In this document: in pieces, positions 34,250 through 48,560 of the stretch
How the letters are laid out: each line of letters starts with the position of its first letter
How positions within the stretch are numbered: the stretch's first letter is position 1
Assembly (NCBI RefSeq): GCF_002105155.1
Contig: NW_019029006.1
Coordinates: 372,001-436,000 of the forward strand
Direction: 5' to 3'
DNA: 64,000 bases
Source of the DNA: Lobosporangium transversale
Taxonomy: Eukaryota
The notes under the pieces: model-generated
Told to the model about the DNA's origin: nothing
Seen by the model: only the letters and a program-made list of their open reading frames with translations
Database searches by the model: none
Program-made: the position numbers and the translations under genes

Positions 34250-34471
34250 TTAAGCCACACATTGGATCAAGAGGTGACTGGAGCAACCCAGTCGTGCCAC
34301 ACAGTATGACGATGCGCCTTCCGATTATTGGACACGGCTTTATTTGCGACCCCAGTACCAGTAATGGGGCAACCCATTTATAGAGCTAACATCTAAATAA
34401 ATCCTACATGACCTCGTGGGTCCTTGTTATCAAAAAAAAAAAAAAAAATCAAAAAAAAAAAAAAAAAAAAA
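34250..34471 (+). mobile_element. Short 5'-truncated retroposon with the shared hairpin-polyA tail
   Basis: Ends in CATGACCTCGTGGGTCCTTGTTATC-polyA. The 5' boundary is inferred from where similarity to the tRNA-1 flank stops. Confidence 0.55.
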
Positions 34472-34790
34472 GTCTCCAATCTATGGGTCGCCCAAACGCA
34501 CACCTTTCCTATTGGAGACGGTTCCAAACTCTCAAGCAAGTGCCGGCTTTAGTATTTCTTCATCCCATTGCTCCATTACTGTACTAGTGGCAAGCCTATT
34601 GCTAGCGTAACTTAATTCATTTATAAATCTGCAAAAGCCTTGCTGTATTATTATTCATGTATTTTTTATTATTTTTTTCCTATTCTATTGGGTTTATTGG
34701 AGGCCTAATGTACAAAGTAAAAGAAAAAGAGGAGGGGGGTTTTTTTTGTGATATATAGTATATGAACAGGATGGGTGAAGGATTGACTAT

Positions 34791-36917
34791 TTACTGAAAA
34801 ACAGAGCAACGATCCAAGTCAGCATCAGGAGCTGCGGCGACAACCCAGCTGCGGATCGTGATATAGAGTGTAAAGACCATAGCTACCACACCTACGACGC
34901 CCAAGATGATATCCAGCACCTTGGCCTTCAACGTCTTGGCACAGGCCTTGTAATGAAACATGGCAGGGAAGATGAAGCACAATGGCATACAAGCAACCGA
35001 TCCTACAAATGATACAAATTTATCCAAGTTGGGACCTCCGACCACAAAGCTGACAAGGGCACAAACGCAGATCAAGATGACACGAAGTGCATTCTTTTGA
35101 ATCTTGACCTTAATGTCCAATCCACCCGATTTGGTACCAAAGATACCGTGTTCAAGGATCTTGGAGGCAGGGGACAACATCAAGGGAATTGAAAGAATCA
35201 TTGCAAGTGAATACAAGAACTCGACTGTGATGGTCCAACCAGATTGAATAGGAAGGTTCAACAACACAATTGTCTGTACATTGCTACCAAAACTGGCATA
35301 GCAGAGTGCACCCACGCTCATGAAGATTACTGCAACAACTGTGATGGTCAATGCAAGCACGCGAGGGAACTTTTCAGGCTCCGCCATAGATTCTGTAATG
35401 GGGATAACTGTAGACGAGATGAAGGTTAAAAACGAGAAAAAAAAAAGTCAGTTAATATGTTCGAATGATGGCCTAGTTATTGCTCTTCAAAGGGCGTCAA
35501 TCAAACAAAAAAAAAAAAAAAAAAAAAAAAAAGTGCCACTCTAACATACCAAGGCCAATTCCCTCGAAAGAAAAGACTGCAGTTCCGATAAAGAGCGCAA
35601 AGTCATCGCGGTTGAAGAGAGTAATGTTGGGCCCAGCACCATTGACAGCCAAGTTATTGATACTGAAGTACCATAAGTAAACAATACCAAAGACAATAAA
35701 TAGGTTGGCCAGCATACTGGGGAGGGAGAGGATGGACATTCGACGGATGAGGACTAAGGGAATCAGGATAATGAGGGTCATCAAGATGTAGTATTTCTCC
35801 TTGATTGCATGGAACTGGCACCGTGTGAACGTTTCGACCACAGCATTGATATTCTGAGAGACAAAGATCAAATAGGCACAGCAGAATCCAACCTGGGATA
35901 AGGCCACCGAGACAAGGACAGCCAGACGCACATATTTGCCAAATAAAATAAGACCAATGTCCTGGAACGTCTCACGCACCACTAGACGGACCTTAACCAG
36001 CATCAAGAAGGAGACGCAGCAAACGATAGCGACAATGGCTAATAATAAGCATGAGAAAAGAATTCCTGACAACGAGCAAGTAAAATGAGAGAGTGGGGGA
36101 AAAAAAAGGTCAGAAGAGATTACCAGAGCAAGGATGAATTGCAGAAATAGAACAGAAGTAAAAAGCATGATTTCAGGCATAGAAATATGTAAATAAGAAG
36201 GCATTAGAACATACCTCCATTCATGAAAGCTTTTGGTAAGAACAAAACACCAGTACCAACAAAAGCTTTTCCGAGTAGGAGACTGGCTTTCCATGGGGTG
36301 ACAGTGCCGCGCTGTGGAGTCTCCTCAGTCGACCTTAAACTATCCGTCATCATATCCTCGTGGATCAAGGAACCTGGATGGGATGGTTGCTGCTCCATCG
36401 TCATACTAGGGGCGTCTTTATGAATAGCTGACTTCTCGTTCGGAGGAGTAGCAATGTACGATGGACCTCTAGAAGCTTTTGGGCGGATTGTTGAAGCATC
36501 AGAGGGACTGGAATGAGAGGCACCCTTCTCGGCCAGCGAGACACTGTCTTCCTCAATATCAGAGGGAGCGGCACTATGGGATCCTTGACCACCATAGTTT
36601 TCAAACATGTTGGCATATTCAGAGTTGGTTCGAGCCAACCATGATACTGGGCGTGAACCAGGGCGTGAACCAGGGCGTGAGCCAGGACGTGAGCCAGGAC
36701 GTGAGCCGGGTCTAGAGGATGTGTGTTGCCTTGTGCGGGAGTTAGCTCTGGAGCCAGGATTAGATTGAATGGGTGGCAGAGTAATGTTGTTTGCATTCGT
36801 TGGAGTGTTCAGGAATAGACTCCGGCCGCGCTGTGGCTGGGATGAAGGCGGTGGTGATGGAGATGCGTCCTCTGCAACATCAACGCGAGGCACATTGTTC
36901 TGATCAAAGACGCTCAT
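34791..36917 (-). CDS. AAAP-family amino acid transporter (Avt3/Avt4-like), 3 exons
   Basis: Motifs LLLGKAFVGTGVLFLPKAFMNGG, SQVGFCCAY, FIGTAVFSFEGIG and LDKFVSFVGS. The N-terminus contains SRPG tandem repeats. Confidence 0.92.
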
Positions 36918-38911
36918 TGGGTTTTATCGATTTATTTGAAGGATTAGGAAGATAGTGCAGGAAATGTGAGCCAGGAGGAATGGGTATCAAATATGGCTGG
37001 TTTGATCGTGAGAAAATTATTGATAGAGGACGGAAGAGGTCAGGAGATAAATCAGAAGAGGGGGAGGAATGAAGAAGAGGAATAGGTATAATGTACGTCG
37101 GATAGATCAAAGTTAGGTAACGATGCTTAGGAAAGGAAGATGAAAGGATAAAAAAAAAAGGATGGGATGGAGGGGTAGATGAAGGACATTTTATAGGTTC
37201 AACTGGTATTGTAGACTTAATTTGGACTAGAGCTAAAAAAGAGTTTAATCAGAAGTACTAAAAAAGGATTCTTCCCCTCCTGGCCCTTGTTATTTATTCA
37301 TGGTATTCATTACAGCATAACAGAGAAGACGATCTGGCAATGTGCCAAAGCCCCGGTCCCTGTGTTTGTACGTAATTCCTCCCCCCAATATAGTTTATCG
37401 TAAAGAGCATCCATCATGGACGTATGCATGATAATTTAAGGTCTCATGAAGTTGATCATCAGAGATAAGAACCTGACTTGAATCATATGTATATCTATAC
37501 AATCATCTTATTTTCCCCTCCATTAATCCTGAGAGCTCTCTTCTTACAACTATAATAAGCTATGGACAATAAGCCGCAGAGTTTTGAGTTCGACCAAGAA
37601 CCCAAGTCATGTCAGTCTTTTAGGATTTCGAGGGACACTCATTGTCCTATATGACATTAGTTGCCCATATCCAAATTTATGATGCTTATTTGCAAAAAGC
37701 AAATGTCCTTTATTAAAACAGTTGCTTTTGTCTTGGATCGAAAGGACAAGAGAATATGTATCTACATATTCATGTAAGCATTTCAACCCAAGATTGTGAC
37801 AAAAAGGGTGGAGGATAGTGTAGCATAAATCTGCAATGAGGGGGAAATCCATATTTCTGCCTTCTGGCCCTTTTTTCATTGTCGTGCCGATTACGGAAAA
37901 TGACTTTTTTAATGGGCGTAAACAAGCGAAGGTCGTCATCATAGACAAGGTTCACTGATTACATATATATATGGCCTACACAGGAGCTATCACGGTACAG
38001 TACATATAACTGTATATACTAGAAGGCATATTATCGTAGTAAAAAAATAAAAAAAAAAATGGATTTAGGGTGTAACATCGTTTGAATGGATCAACGACAT
38101 TCCATGGGCATCATGATCATTTTTCCCTCTTTCCTTAATAGCACAAACAACATAAAAGAGAAGAATGAAAATCCCTCGTTCGGGATCCGGGGTGAGAAAG
38201 TTCACGTACTCCCGGACAAATGGTAGCTAGTTAAAATCCATACTCATATGCACTAGTCTGATCCATGGAGTCCTATAGAAACTATAGAAAAAGAGGAAAA
38301 AAAACCAAAATAGAGTACTTTCAAACCGCGATCAATAGTAGCTTTCTCTCTATGTCTCTTGCTAGTCACAGCCTAGCAAGTATAATATGCTCCAGTTCTC
38401 TAATCCAATCGTAGCGAAGGAAAAAAAAAAAAAAAAGCAAAAAAGAAAAAAGGACAAAACGGCCATTCTGTGAATATGGTTACTGCACTGTAGGCGTTTC
38501 GCCTCTTTGTCTTCAAGTTGTCTCTTGCTCTCTCTCCCCAATGTACACTTCGGGTTTCTCCCTTTTCGTTCTTCCTCTCATACTTCTTGTAATGACGAAA
38601 CATAAAAAGGAAAAGAAGGAAAGCTCTATGAGACATTTTTTTATTTCTCAAATCCTTTTCCTTGCACATCCCTGCCACTCTTGGAAGTATTCTAGAAAGA
38701 AAACTAATAAGAAAAAAAAGAAAAATAAAAAGGAGAAAAGACAATGAAATGATGGGCCCTTTTTTTTTTTTTTTTTTGTGATCAATAATAAAAACCTTTG
38801 GTTTTTAGAAAGCTGGACCGTGCCGTTGAACTGTGGTTTGTTGTTTACGTTTTGGAGGAATGCTGTGTTTAATTGTAAAAAATAACTAAATAAATAAATA
38901 AATTATAAATA

Positions 38912-38943
<32 letters not shown>

Positions 38944-39580
38944 CAAATAAGTAAAAATTTGTATATATTACAGTTTTTGCTTGTTTGTCCATTACTCCCC
39001 AACGACATTGCATTGCCTTTTAGTCTTCTTCTTGTGCGTGAGTACATTTCCTAATTTAATGATGATATCACTGTGCTTGATCACCAATCCATAAATTTTT
39101 CCACGGTCCTAAAAAAATATAAAAAAAAAAAAAATGCATGTAGCCAGTCTAGACCAAAAGAGAAATGATTGCTCAGTTTGAGTTCCCTGATCCGAAGGCT
39201 TGCACATGGCTAGACAACATGGAGGAAGTACAATTGGACAAAAGTGAGTCCCCGATCCACCCTGTTTCGCTCTCTTTTGGGGTATTCCACGTCATAAAGT
39301 CATTATATTAACTATGTATATATACATGTATGAACAGAGAAGATCACAAAAAGTGTGCTATATTCGTTATCAGTCTCGCTATGGTGAACATGAGCTGCTG
39401 ATAAAGAAACTTTAAGATTCTTTGTGGTTCATCATCAAAATATAGACCTATGAATGGTATGGTGACTATATTGTTTATTACTCTAAGGCATTAAAGGGAG
39501 CAGCCATGACGCTGCACGTTATTTTTGAGATTCTTCTTTTTTTATATTTATATTTTATTTGATCAAAGAGATGGAAGCGT

Positions 39581-41900
39581 TCAATGGTGCTGAATATCCT
39601 CTATTAGATGTTTGGTGGCATCATAGGTGCCTACTACTATGACGACCATCCCCACAACGAAAATAAACCATATCCACATCTGATTCAGCCAGAATACATT
39701 TTTCATCCCTCCTAATCGATAGTAGAACAAGACAGGCATCACATACACCAAAAGGCAGGTTGCGAGGGCTCCCAACAGATCCATCAGGTCGCCAAAATAT
39801 GGAAGCGCTGACGCAACTAATCCCGCGAAGAGGATGACGATTGTCCTGGAAGTTGCTCTTTTTAGAAATTGTTGGGATTTTGTTCCTTGTTCAAAGGCAG
39901 GGGCACGTGCAGCGATCGAGTCCTCGATCATCACAGCAAATGAAGCCAAGAGAATCGGCGCAGCAAGGAGCACGTGTAGAGTAATGAGTGAATTGGCCAA
40001 GGTAGACCATACGCCTAATAATTATAGTGACAAAAATGACAAGAATAATATATATAGTAAATTATTAAAAGCTCAAGGAATGTTCCTTCATGCACGTATG
40101 TATAAATGATATATTTATACGCTAGTTTAGTCAAGTTCAGTTTGTCAGATTTTAGAACATTAGTATAAACATATTTATACTTTTTTTTTTTTTTTACCAT
40201 GAGGAAGATTCTCCAAGATCGGATTCATGGTTAAATTCCCAAATGCAAGATATCCAGCCACAGCAATCGAGATATACATCACAAAGCAGGTCGAGAGCGC
40301 GAGCCACAAGGCAGTTGACCATTTTCGTGGGTGTTTCATGGTCTGTTCCACTTGTGGATACACAACATTCCCACCATATGCATAAGACATGGTTGCTAAC
40401 GAAAGCGGAACCTTGGACCAATCAGCGAATTGATGAGTCGCTGCAACAGCTTCTACGGCTCTATGGATGACCATCTCTGCAGAGACTCCTACAGTGATCA
40501 TAACAACCCCAACTGTCGCACCTGCGCCAATCAGACTTGTATCCATATATTATATATATTTTATAATCGTGTTCTTGACTTATTAGCGTGCCAAGAAAAT
40601 AATATTTATAAAAAAAAAACTCGAAATACCTGAGAACGGCAATCTCTTTCATAGACTTTGTGAAAATCAAGCAGACCCAGACAAAGAGCGAACATCCTAT
40701 GAAAAAAGTAGAGGGTGGGACACTGGGATCGTTCGGGTTTGCTACCATGCCGTGAATCAGGGTTGAAGCCAAGATAATGTACAAGATGGCGCATCCAAAA
40801 AGATTGATACCGACGGCTCCAACAGCAATATAATGACCCATACTTCCGTATGCATCCCGTGCAATTTGTTGAAATGAACTACGCCTCCTATCGCTGTTAT
40901 TTTTTTTTTTTTTTTACAAGTCGGTTCATTATTAATGCCAATTTAGTTCAAAAATACGCGACTTTTTTTTTTTTTTTTTTTTTTTTTTCGTGAGTAGATC
41001 AAGATACAAAAAAAAAAAATTGTACACGTTACGTGTTGAGATAGAGACATTGGATAAGCATATTTCCAGTGGTTGTGGACATGAATAAGGCCAACATAAC
41101 GATCACAACCCCTAACCATCCAGATTGTGCAACCGCATAAGGCATACTCAGTGTACCTGTCCCCGCGACCATGCACCTTGTTGGAAAGGGAAAAGCAAAA
41201 ATACATGATGCATATATTAGCTTCAAAGCAATGAACGTAAGGTTAAGGATATATCCAGACATATAAAGTAAATGAAAAGGAAAAAAAAAAAAAAAAAAAA
41301 AAAGTTCACATACACTAATGATGTGGCAATCTTGAGCGTGCAAACACCTTCAGCACGATCAACTCGCAGATCCATCCTATGTTTGTGCATATTCACTTTC
41401 CCTTCTTCCTCTTCTTCTTCATCTTCATTGCCCTCTCCTCCTCCCCTCACTCTCACTCTACCTATTTCTTGAGCTCGGGCCTCTCCACTACGGTTTCCTT
41501 GCCCATCAATATCATCATACGTCGATGATGGCAATCCTTTTTCATTTTTCATTTTCTTTTCCTTCCTCTCATTTTCCTTTTCATTTCCATTTCCGTTTCT
41601 GTTTTCAGTAAAATGTTCAATCAAGTTGGAGTTGCGCTTCACGAGCAAAATAGCAGAGTCGATTGTCTCGGTCGATCCGCGATGAAATCTCCAAAATTTG
41701 AGCCGATGTTTTATAATCCTGTATTTGTTTTTATTGTTCTCGTTCTTTGGCGATCTCAGGCAGTTGCCGTTGTTGTTGTCATTGTTGGTATAAAGGCCCT
41801 TTAGACCCCTTCCATTTGCACTCCTGTCCTCATTGTCGTTGCCATTACTGGGATTGCCTCTACCTGCATTGGGATTTGGTAGTGCCGATATTCTTTCCAT
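39581..41900 (-). CDS. AAAP-family amino acid transporter (Avt1-like), multi-exon
   Basis: Motifs CMVAGTGTLSMPYAVAQSGW, YAYGGNVVYPQVE, AGYLAFG and LPYFGDLMDLLGA. The first-exon boundaries are less certain. Confidence 0.88.
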
Positions 41901-41930
41901 TTTCTTTTTTTTTTTTTTCTTAAGGATGAT

Positions 41931-41971
<41 letters not shown>

Positions 41972-43295
41972 GAGTACAAGATTGAATAAAGCAACCTTGA
42001 AAGGAGGTTAATTGAGAACTATATATGTATATATGTAAAGAGATCTACGAAAAAAAAAAAAAAAAAAAAAAAAAAAACTATAGTATCAGGATGACCAGGA
42101 ATGCGGAATGTGAGGAAAAGTAAAAAAAAATGAAGTTTTGGGACGAAGAGGGTGTTAAATGGGTAAAGTGCCTAGTTGGAACGAGCGAAATAACAACAGC
42201 AGTTACAGTAACAATGGTAACAATAATAAAGAGGTCAAAGCGGAGTGGGGAATATCTTATCTCAGATCGTTAGATCAGGACCACCTCGAATGACGAAGGG
42301 CAAAAAGACAAAAGGGAAGGAAATAAAAAAAAAAAAAAAAAAAAACGCGCTGTGGTGTAGAAAATAGCTATGCATCAATTAAAGCACAGACGCCAATTTT
42401 ATTTTTTGTGCGACACAAATATATATAAATATATTATCTCTTAAACCGTCAACCTGCCAGGATTTTTTTTTTACCGTGTTTTTCTAATAGATTATAAAAG
42501 TACGCAAGCTGTTGCACCCATGGTTGCTACATTAATCACTCCTCATTCATTAGCTAAATCTCGCTCAAAGTAAGCATTAGTTACCAATCATTACACTCAT
42601 AAGCTCATCTACTTCATCATTCGAGACAGTTCGTTTTAGAGCTAGCAAGAGGCGTGGTATTGACTTCAGATGGAAAGTTGATGACCTGAAATTTAAGAAT
42701 ATGGCCCAACGCCGTTGCTCCTACAAAATCTGATACTTCCAATGTCAAATTCGAAAATGCCATATGATTTCTAATGACTCTTACTTTTCATATCTGCATC
42801 AAGAAGAAAGGTTGCTGTACGATATATGTATTAGAGTATCTATTGAACATGGCTTTTTATACAAGCGGATCAGAGCTAGCCAACATCCATGGTAATGCTG
42901 CAAGTTCTCGTTGGGATATTAAAGTAAAAGCAAAAGGAAACAACTAAAACATTCACTCAGTTTTGTGCGTTAGTGTATTTATATATATGATGGCTTCAGA
43001 TCACTATGGTACAATAAATAACTTTTTAAAAAATCTAATATATTCTAATGTAATTACGACTTTCATTCTCCCAATACCTCCTTCTGCTTCATCTTATTAA
43101 ATGAACCTTCTCTTCCTCATAGCAGTATTGTAAATAAATAAAATAAAATAAAGCGAAATGAAAATGAAAATGAAAATCAAAAAGTGCTATAAAAAAAATC
43201 TGTCTCCCTTCCTTGTACGGATACCTACATGAATATTTGCATGTATCCTTCAGACTTAAATATAATGCCATTAACTACCTTTGCGTCTCTTTTTT

Positions 43296-43757
43296 TTACT
43301 GATCTCGACTACGCACCCATTCTGGTGGGTCACCCACAGACATTGTCACAGGATCGACTAGTCCATTATAGTTCTCATAAACTGTATAATCAAATGTCGT
43401 GAATTCGCGATCGATCAGCGCCATCTGGTATGCAATCTTTTCTTTTCGTGACATGTTGCTTGGTGGTGTCAAGGGTGCAGCATCCGCAGCAGTAGGACTT
43501 TTGTTATTATTGGCAGCAGCAGCAGCGGCAACGGCAGCGATAGGTGCAGGAGATGATTGACGCTGAGATGTTGGTGAATGTGGCAGTTGTTGTTGTTGCT
43601 GATATCCACCTATTCTTTGTTGTTGTTGTTGTTGTTGCTGCTGCTGCTGTTGTTGGAGTGGTGTCGTGCCTCGCATTGGCAACGGATGAGGTAAAGGATT
43701 TCCTCCGCCGCCACTACCACTAAGGGACGAGGATGAGGATGTCGATGTGGATGTATA

Positions 43758-43799
<42 letters not shown>

Positions 43800-45241
43800 A
43801 TATTGAGCATGATACTGTGATGAGGTCGGCACCGGTGGTTGGCCTGGGAAAGTTCTTCCTGTTACATCATTCTCATCGTAATATGCTTTTTTAGACTTGA
43901 AGTGTTGAAACTGAGCAGGAGTATTATGTGACGACGAGTGGTTATGGCCTCTTTTCCCCGATGGTGAAGACGAAGATGTAGAGGATGGGACCGCGGGCTT
44001 GGACAGATATATGGCAGTGACCCCATGGCTACTCTGTTGGTTTGAGATCTGATAAGTATATCCGCTAACGGTGCTTCCGGATGCTGCAGCAGTACTGACA
44101 GGGGAGTTCAGTCCTTGATGTTCGAGCGAGGGTTTGGATGGATAAGATGAGCTTTGCTGCTGTTGTTGTGGTTGATGATATTGGGATGAGTTTGATGGGT
44201 AGCCCTGGATGGGTGACGATGGTAAGGAGGTACCCATGTGTGAATAATGGCGGGCACTACCACTGCTACTGCTTGTCCCACTGTTGTTATAAAAGCCGTG
44301 ATGGACTTGGTTGCGAATATATTGACCTGATTGACGGGAGGCTGAGGGAGGAGGAGGCATAGGGAATGGCGGCGGTGGTGATGCTGGTATGGTCATTCCC
44401 CGTCCACTACCTGATCCTTCTCCAGAAACTTTGGGTATCGACTGCTGCTGTGATCTTGTCTGTTGTTGTGCTGTGTGATGTTGCTGCAGCTGCTGTTGTA
44501 GCAGCTGTTGTTGGTATTGCAAGTATGGCTGGGATGTCGAGAGTGGTTGCGATAAGTGAATATGACTACTGTTTGCACTACTCGTATTGCTATTGTTCTC
44601 ACTGTCCTTCCCTCCCGGTCCTCCCGGTCCTCCCGTTCCTCCACCACCACCACTGCCAAAAAAGACTTTTGATTTTTTCTTTGCAATCTTTTGAGCTTTG
44701 TCCTTGGATCCTTGGTGCTGCTGCAGGTAATATTGCTGTGAATTTTCCCAGCTATTGTTGCTATTATTATTATTATTATTATTGTTACTGTTATTATAAT
44801 TATTGTTGTAGTGACTGAGGTGATGGCTATTGTATTCGTCTGCAGAGACAGCCATAGCCTGCATCGCCAAATCTGCAGCCGCAATTGCAGCCTCATGTTC
44901 TGCCTTCAACCGCGCATTCTCTTCCTTCAATGCCTTGTCCTTTTCCTTCTGCATCCTCTGTGCTCTCTTGCGAGTGGATCTATAGGTCAGAGGTTCATCG
45001 TCCAGCAGCAGCTCTTCTAGATCGTAAGTGGCATCAAAGTTGTTATATTCTGATGAAGGCTGGAATTTTGGTGTCAACTGCTTTGACTCTAGCATATACC
45101 ACCAGTTATCGGGGTTTCCTTGATATGCTCCAGCTAGGAAAAAAGGATGTTGTCGAATTGCATCCATTCCACCTTTGATGCCCAATCTCTCCTTGACATC
45201 TCTTGTAAGAAACTGGTTTTGTAGAAAGGTTGTATCATGAC

Positions 45242-45278
<37 letters not shown>

Positions 45279-45809
45279 TATATTTTTTTAGTATAAGAGC
45301 ATTAGACTTTTTGTTTTTTTTTTTTTTTTTAAAAAAAAAAAGAAACTTACTCCACGCATGGCCGAGATACACTCCTGTGAGAGTCCATCCTTTTCGGGAT
45401 ATTCTATCTGTTGAGTTGGGATAGCCTTCTTGAGTTGATTAACACTATCAGTCTGAAAGGGTCGTTTGCTGTAAATGGCCTCATAAAACAACACGCCGAG
45501 GGCCCACCAATCAACACTCGTTCCATATCCGGATGCTGTAAACACTTCTGGGGCCATATAGGCTGCTGTTCCTGATTGTGAAGTCAAGAAGGGTTTCTGA
45601 GGGGTAAGTTTACATCCAATGTTGAAATCGGTCAGGTGAGCATGTCCCTTTTCGTCCAAAAGAACATTGTCGGGTTTTATATCTCGATGTACAATCCCTA
45701 AAGAGTGAAGGTGTGTAATGGCTGAACAGAGTTCTGCAATCCAAAACCGAACCACATCCTCACCAAATTGTTGCCTATTCAAATGGAACCGCAGATCGCC
45801 TCCCATCCT

Positions 45810-45846
<37 letters not shown>

Positions 45847-45902
45847 GTATTGTAAAAGAAAGCTTTCTTAGGATGACAATGTTTATAGTTTTTTACAATG
45901 AT

Positions 45903-45937
<35 letters not shown>

Positions 45938-47362
45938 CAAAGATAGGATAGTAGAACGACGACTTACATTAGATCCATACACATATACATGTATTCATCG
46001 TCCTGGAATGCAAAACGCATATTGACTACAAAGGCATGATCTAGTGTCTCTAAGATCTGCCGTTCGCGCAATACGTTCCTGACGGCATCCATCTTTATAA
46101 CCTGGGACTTTGATATGTATTTGAGTGCATAGATCTTCCCTGTCTCTCGCCTCTCTACCATGCGGACCTAAATTGTTTTTGAAGCAACAGGAACGATTTA
46201 GTTTTAGAAATATAAATATAAACATAGAAGAGAAACGCGAGTGGAGGAGACAGGGGATGTTCAGCTCCAATGCTCTTTCTTTCTTTTTTTTTTTTTTTTT
46301 TTTTTTTTTACGTCATGACGGAAAATGGATCCGTGTGCAAATAAAAAAAAAATTAGACAGAATAGTAAAAATATTCGATGGTGAACAAGCGTGTTATTTC
46401 TTCCTTGTCAACCCAGTCCAATCAGATGAAGGAAGGAAGAGGGGGGATGGGAATAAGCTATCTTTTCCTTTTCCATCTCTCCCTGTCCCTTTATCCCCTG
46501 TCCTGTTCCCCCTGTTTCCGCAACTAGCATATGTTGTAATTACTCTCTGTCCTGTAACCAATGGTTCCATTTACGCCGACTGAACAAAAACAATAAATAA
46601 AGAAAAAAAAATAAAAAGGAAAAGAGAGGGAAAAAAAAGTCCGGATGGGTAGCTTGTTGCCAAAGAGAGGAAAGAAAGTTTTGTTTGGCAAAGTATCTCC
46701 TTTCCCTGTCGCACGATTTAAGGTTGCTTTTTTGATACAAATCCCACACCACACGCCCTTCTCCCTTCCTCCAACCCAACTCACGAGAGCTCACAACAGT
46801 TACTGGAATGCAGTTTTTTTTTTTTTTTTTTTTTTTAAAAGGTATATATATATATAAATACATATACATAGAGGTGTGTATGTTATTAGGTTGTACGAGA
46901 GAGATAGAGAAAGAGAAAGATAAAAAGGAATGTGTTGTAAATGAAAAAGACGGTTTCTAAAGGGGCGGGAACGAAGAGTTTTTAATCTCTTTTTTTTTTT
47001 TTTTTCGTGATGATTGTAAGATAGTACATGTTACATGTATGCTGATCCTATCTTTGTCCGTCAATTTCTATTTTTTATATTCATTTTGCCACCATTGTAA
47101 TGCAATGCATAACTCATTCAAATTACCTTGCCAAACGATCCTCGGCCAATGACCCTGAGTAGTTTGAATTGGAAGAGGTTAACTATATACATGTGTTTTT
47201 TGGTAATGGAATGGCAACATTAGATGGATGTTTATAATGTCATTAAGATCAAAAAAAAAAAAAAACTTTTTTTTTTTTTTTTTTTTGTTGCTGCATCACT
47301 GCCTGATCCTTGCCTTCATTGTTAAAGATATCTTCCTGATCTCTGCTTGTCCCGTTTCCCAT
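43296..47362 (-). CDS. YANK/STK32-like AGC Ser/Thr kinase, 5 exons, with a long Q/N/S-rich C-terminal region
   Basis: MGNGTS myristoylation-type start at 47362. Motifs VNLFQFKLLRVIGRGSFGK (47182-47127), YALKYISK, GGDLRFHL, HRDIKPDN, LTDFNIG (DFN, typical of YANK) and NFDATYDLEELLL. Confidence 0.9.
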
Positions 47363-48286
47363 GACGAAGTTGATTGTTTAATATAATACAGCGGAAATCT
47401 CCTCTTTTGGTCGTGAGCGTGTCAAAGATGAGGAGGTCAAAGGAGGAGAGGGAAGGGGAGGGGTGAGGGATTAGGATAGGGAATAAGGGCAAAGTGGAAA
47501 GACCCTTTGTAGCGATATTAATGTTAATGTTAATGTTAATGTCAATATCAGAATTGAAAAGAGAAAAGACGTTGGAAGGGGGGGCTGGGCAATTGGGACA
47601 ATAAAAAAAAAGTGAGATGTTGAATCGTTGGAATGTCTTAAAATCGTATGAAATCGTGAAAACGTGAGTGAGATGTATGAGATGTGTGAGATGTGTGAGA
47701 CGAGACGTGAGCAAAAGAGAAAGATCTTTTTAAAATAAAAGGAGGAGTGATGCTCGATTGTTTCAATGGGGATGGACAGGAAAAAGAACGTAGTAAAACA
47801 CAAGAAGAGATCAAAAGAAAAAAAAAAAAAAAAAAAATGAAAATGAGAACGAAAAAGTAAAAAAGCGAAGAAGCGAAAAAAAAAAAAAAAGTGAAAAGGG
47901 TAGAAAGGGTATAAAGAAAAATATAGTTTATGTTTTTTTTTTTAATATTAAAAAAAACTGCATTTTGCATTTAGGAGAATTACACTCAGCAGTTTTCTAT
48001 TTTTGTGTGCTAGACCATAGTCACTTCACTCACCCTTTGACCTTTTTTTTTTTCTTTTTGCTTATTCATTCTCTCTTTGTCCTCATACATTGTGTCTTGC
48101 TTTCTTTAATTGTAATGAAATAAATTAAGGGAAAAAAAAAGACATTAACAAGCATCGCCAACGCAACATCGACAATGTGAAAGTCTTGTCTTGGCCAATC
48201 GCTGATAGACCGATAAACCGAGGAAAAACAATATTTTTAAAAAAACAACAACGATCGAAGTTCTTCTTTTCTTCCGTCCTCCCTTC

Positions 48287-48328
<42 letters not shown>

Positions 48329-48524
48329 GATAATTTGAAAAAAAGCCTTCAATAACGGCTTGATTACAAATGGTGGCTTCATGTCTATCGTGTCCATCAA
48401 TAGAATTTCGCGCGTAGTTCATTTCATAATTTTTAGGGAGAAGCAAGGGGGAATATGAATATCAATGTTGCACATGTTTAAGGAGAGAGAGACAGTTTTA
48501 TTCTTGTACTCTTGTAATCGTCTT

Positions 48525-48560
<36 letters not shown>

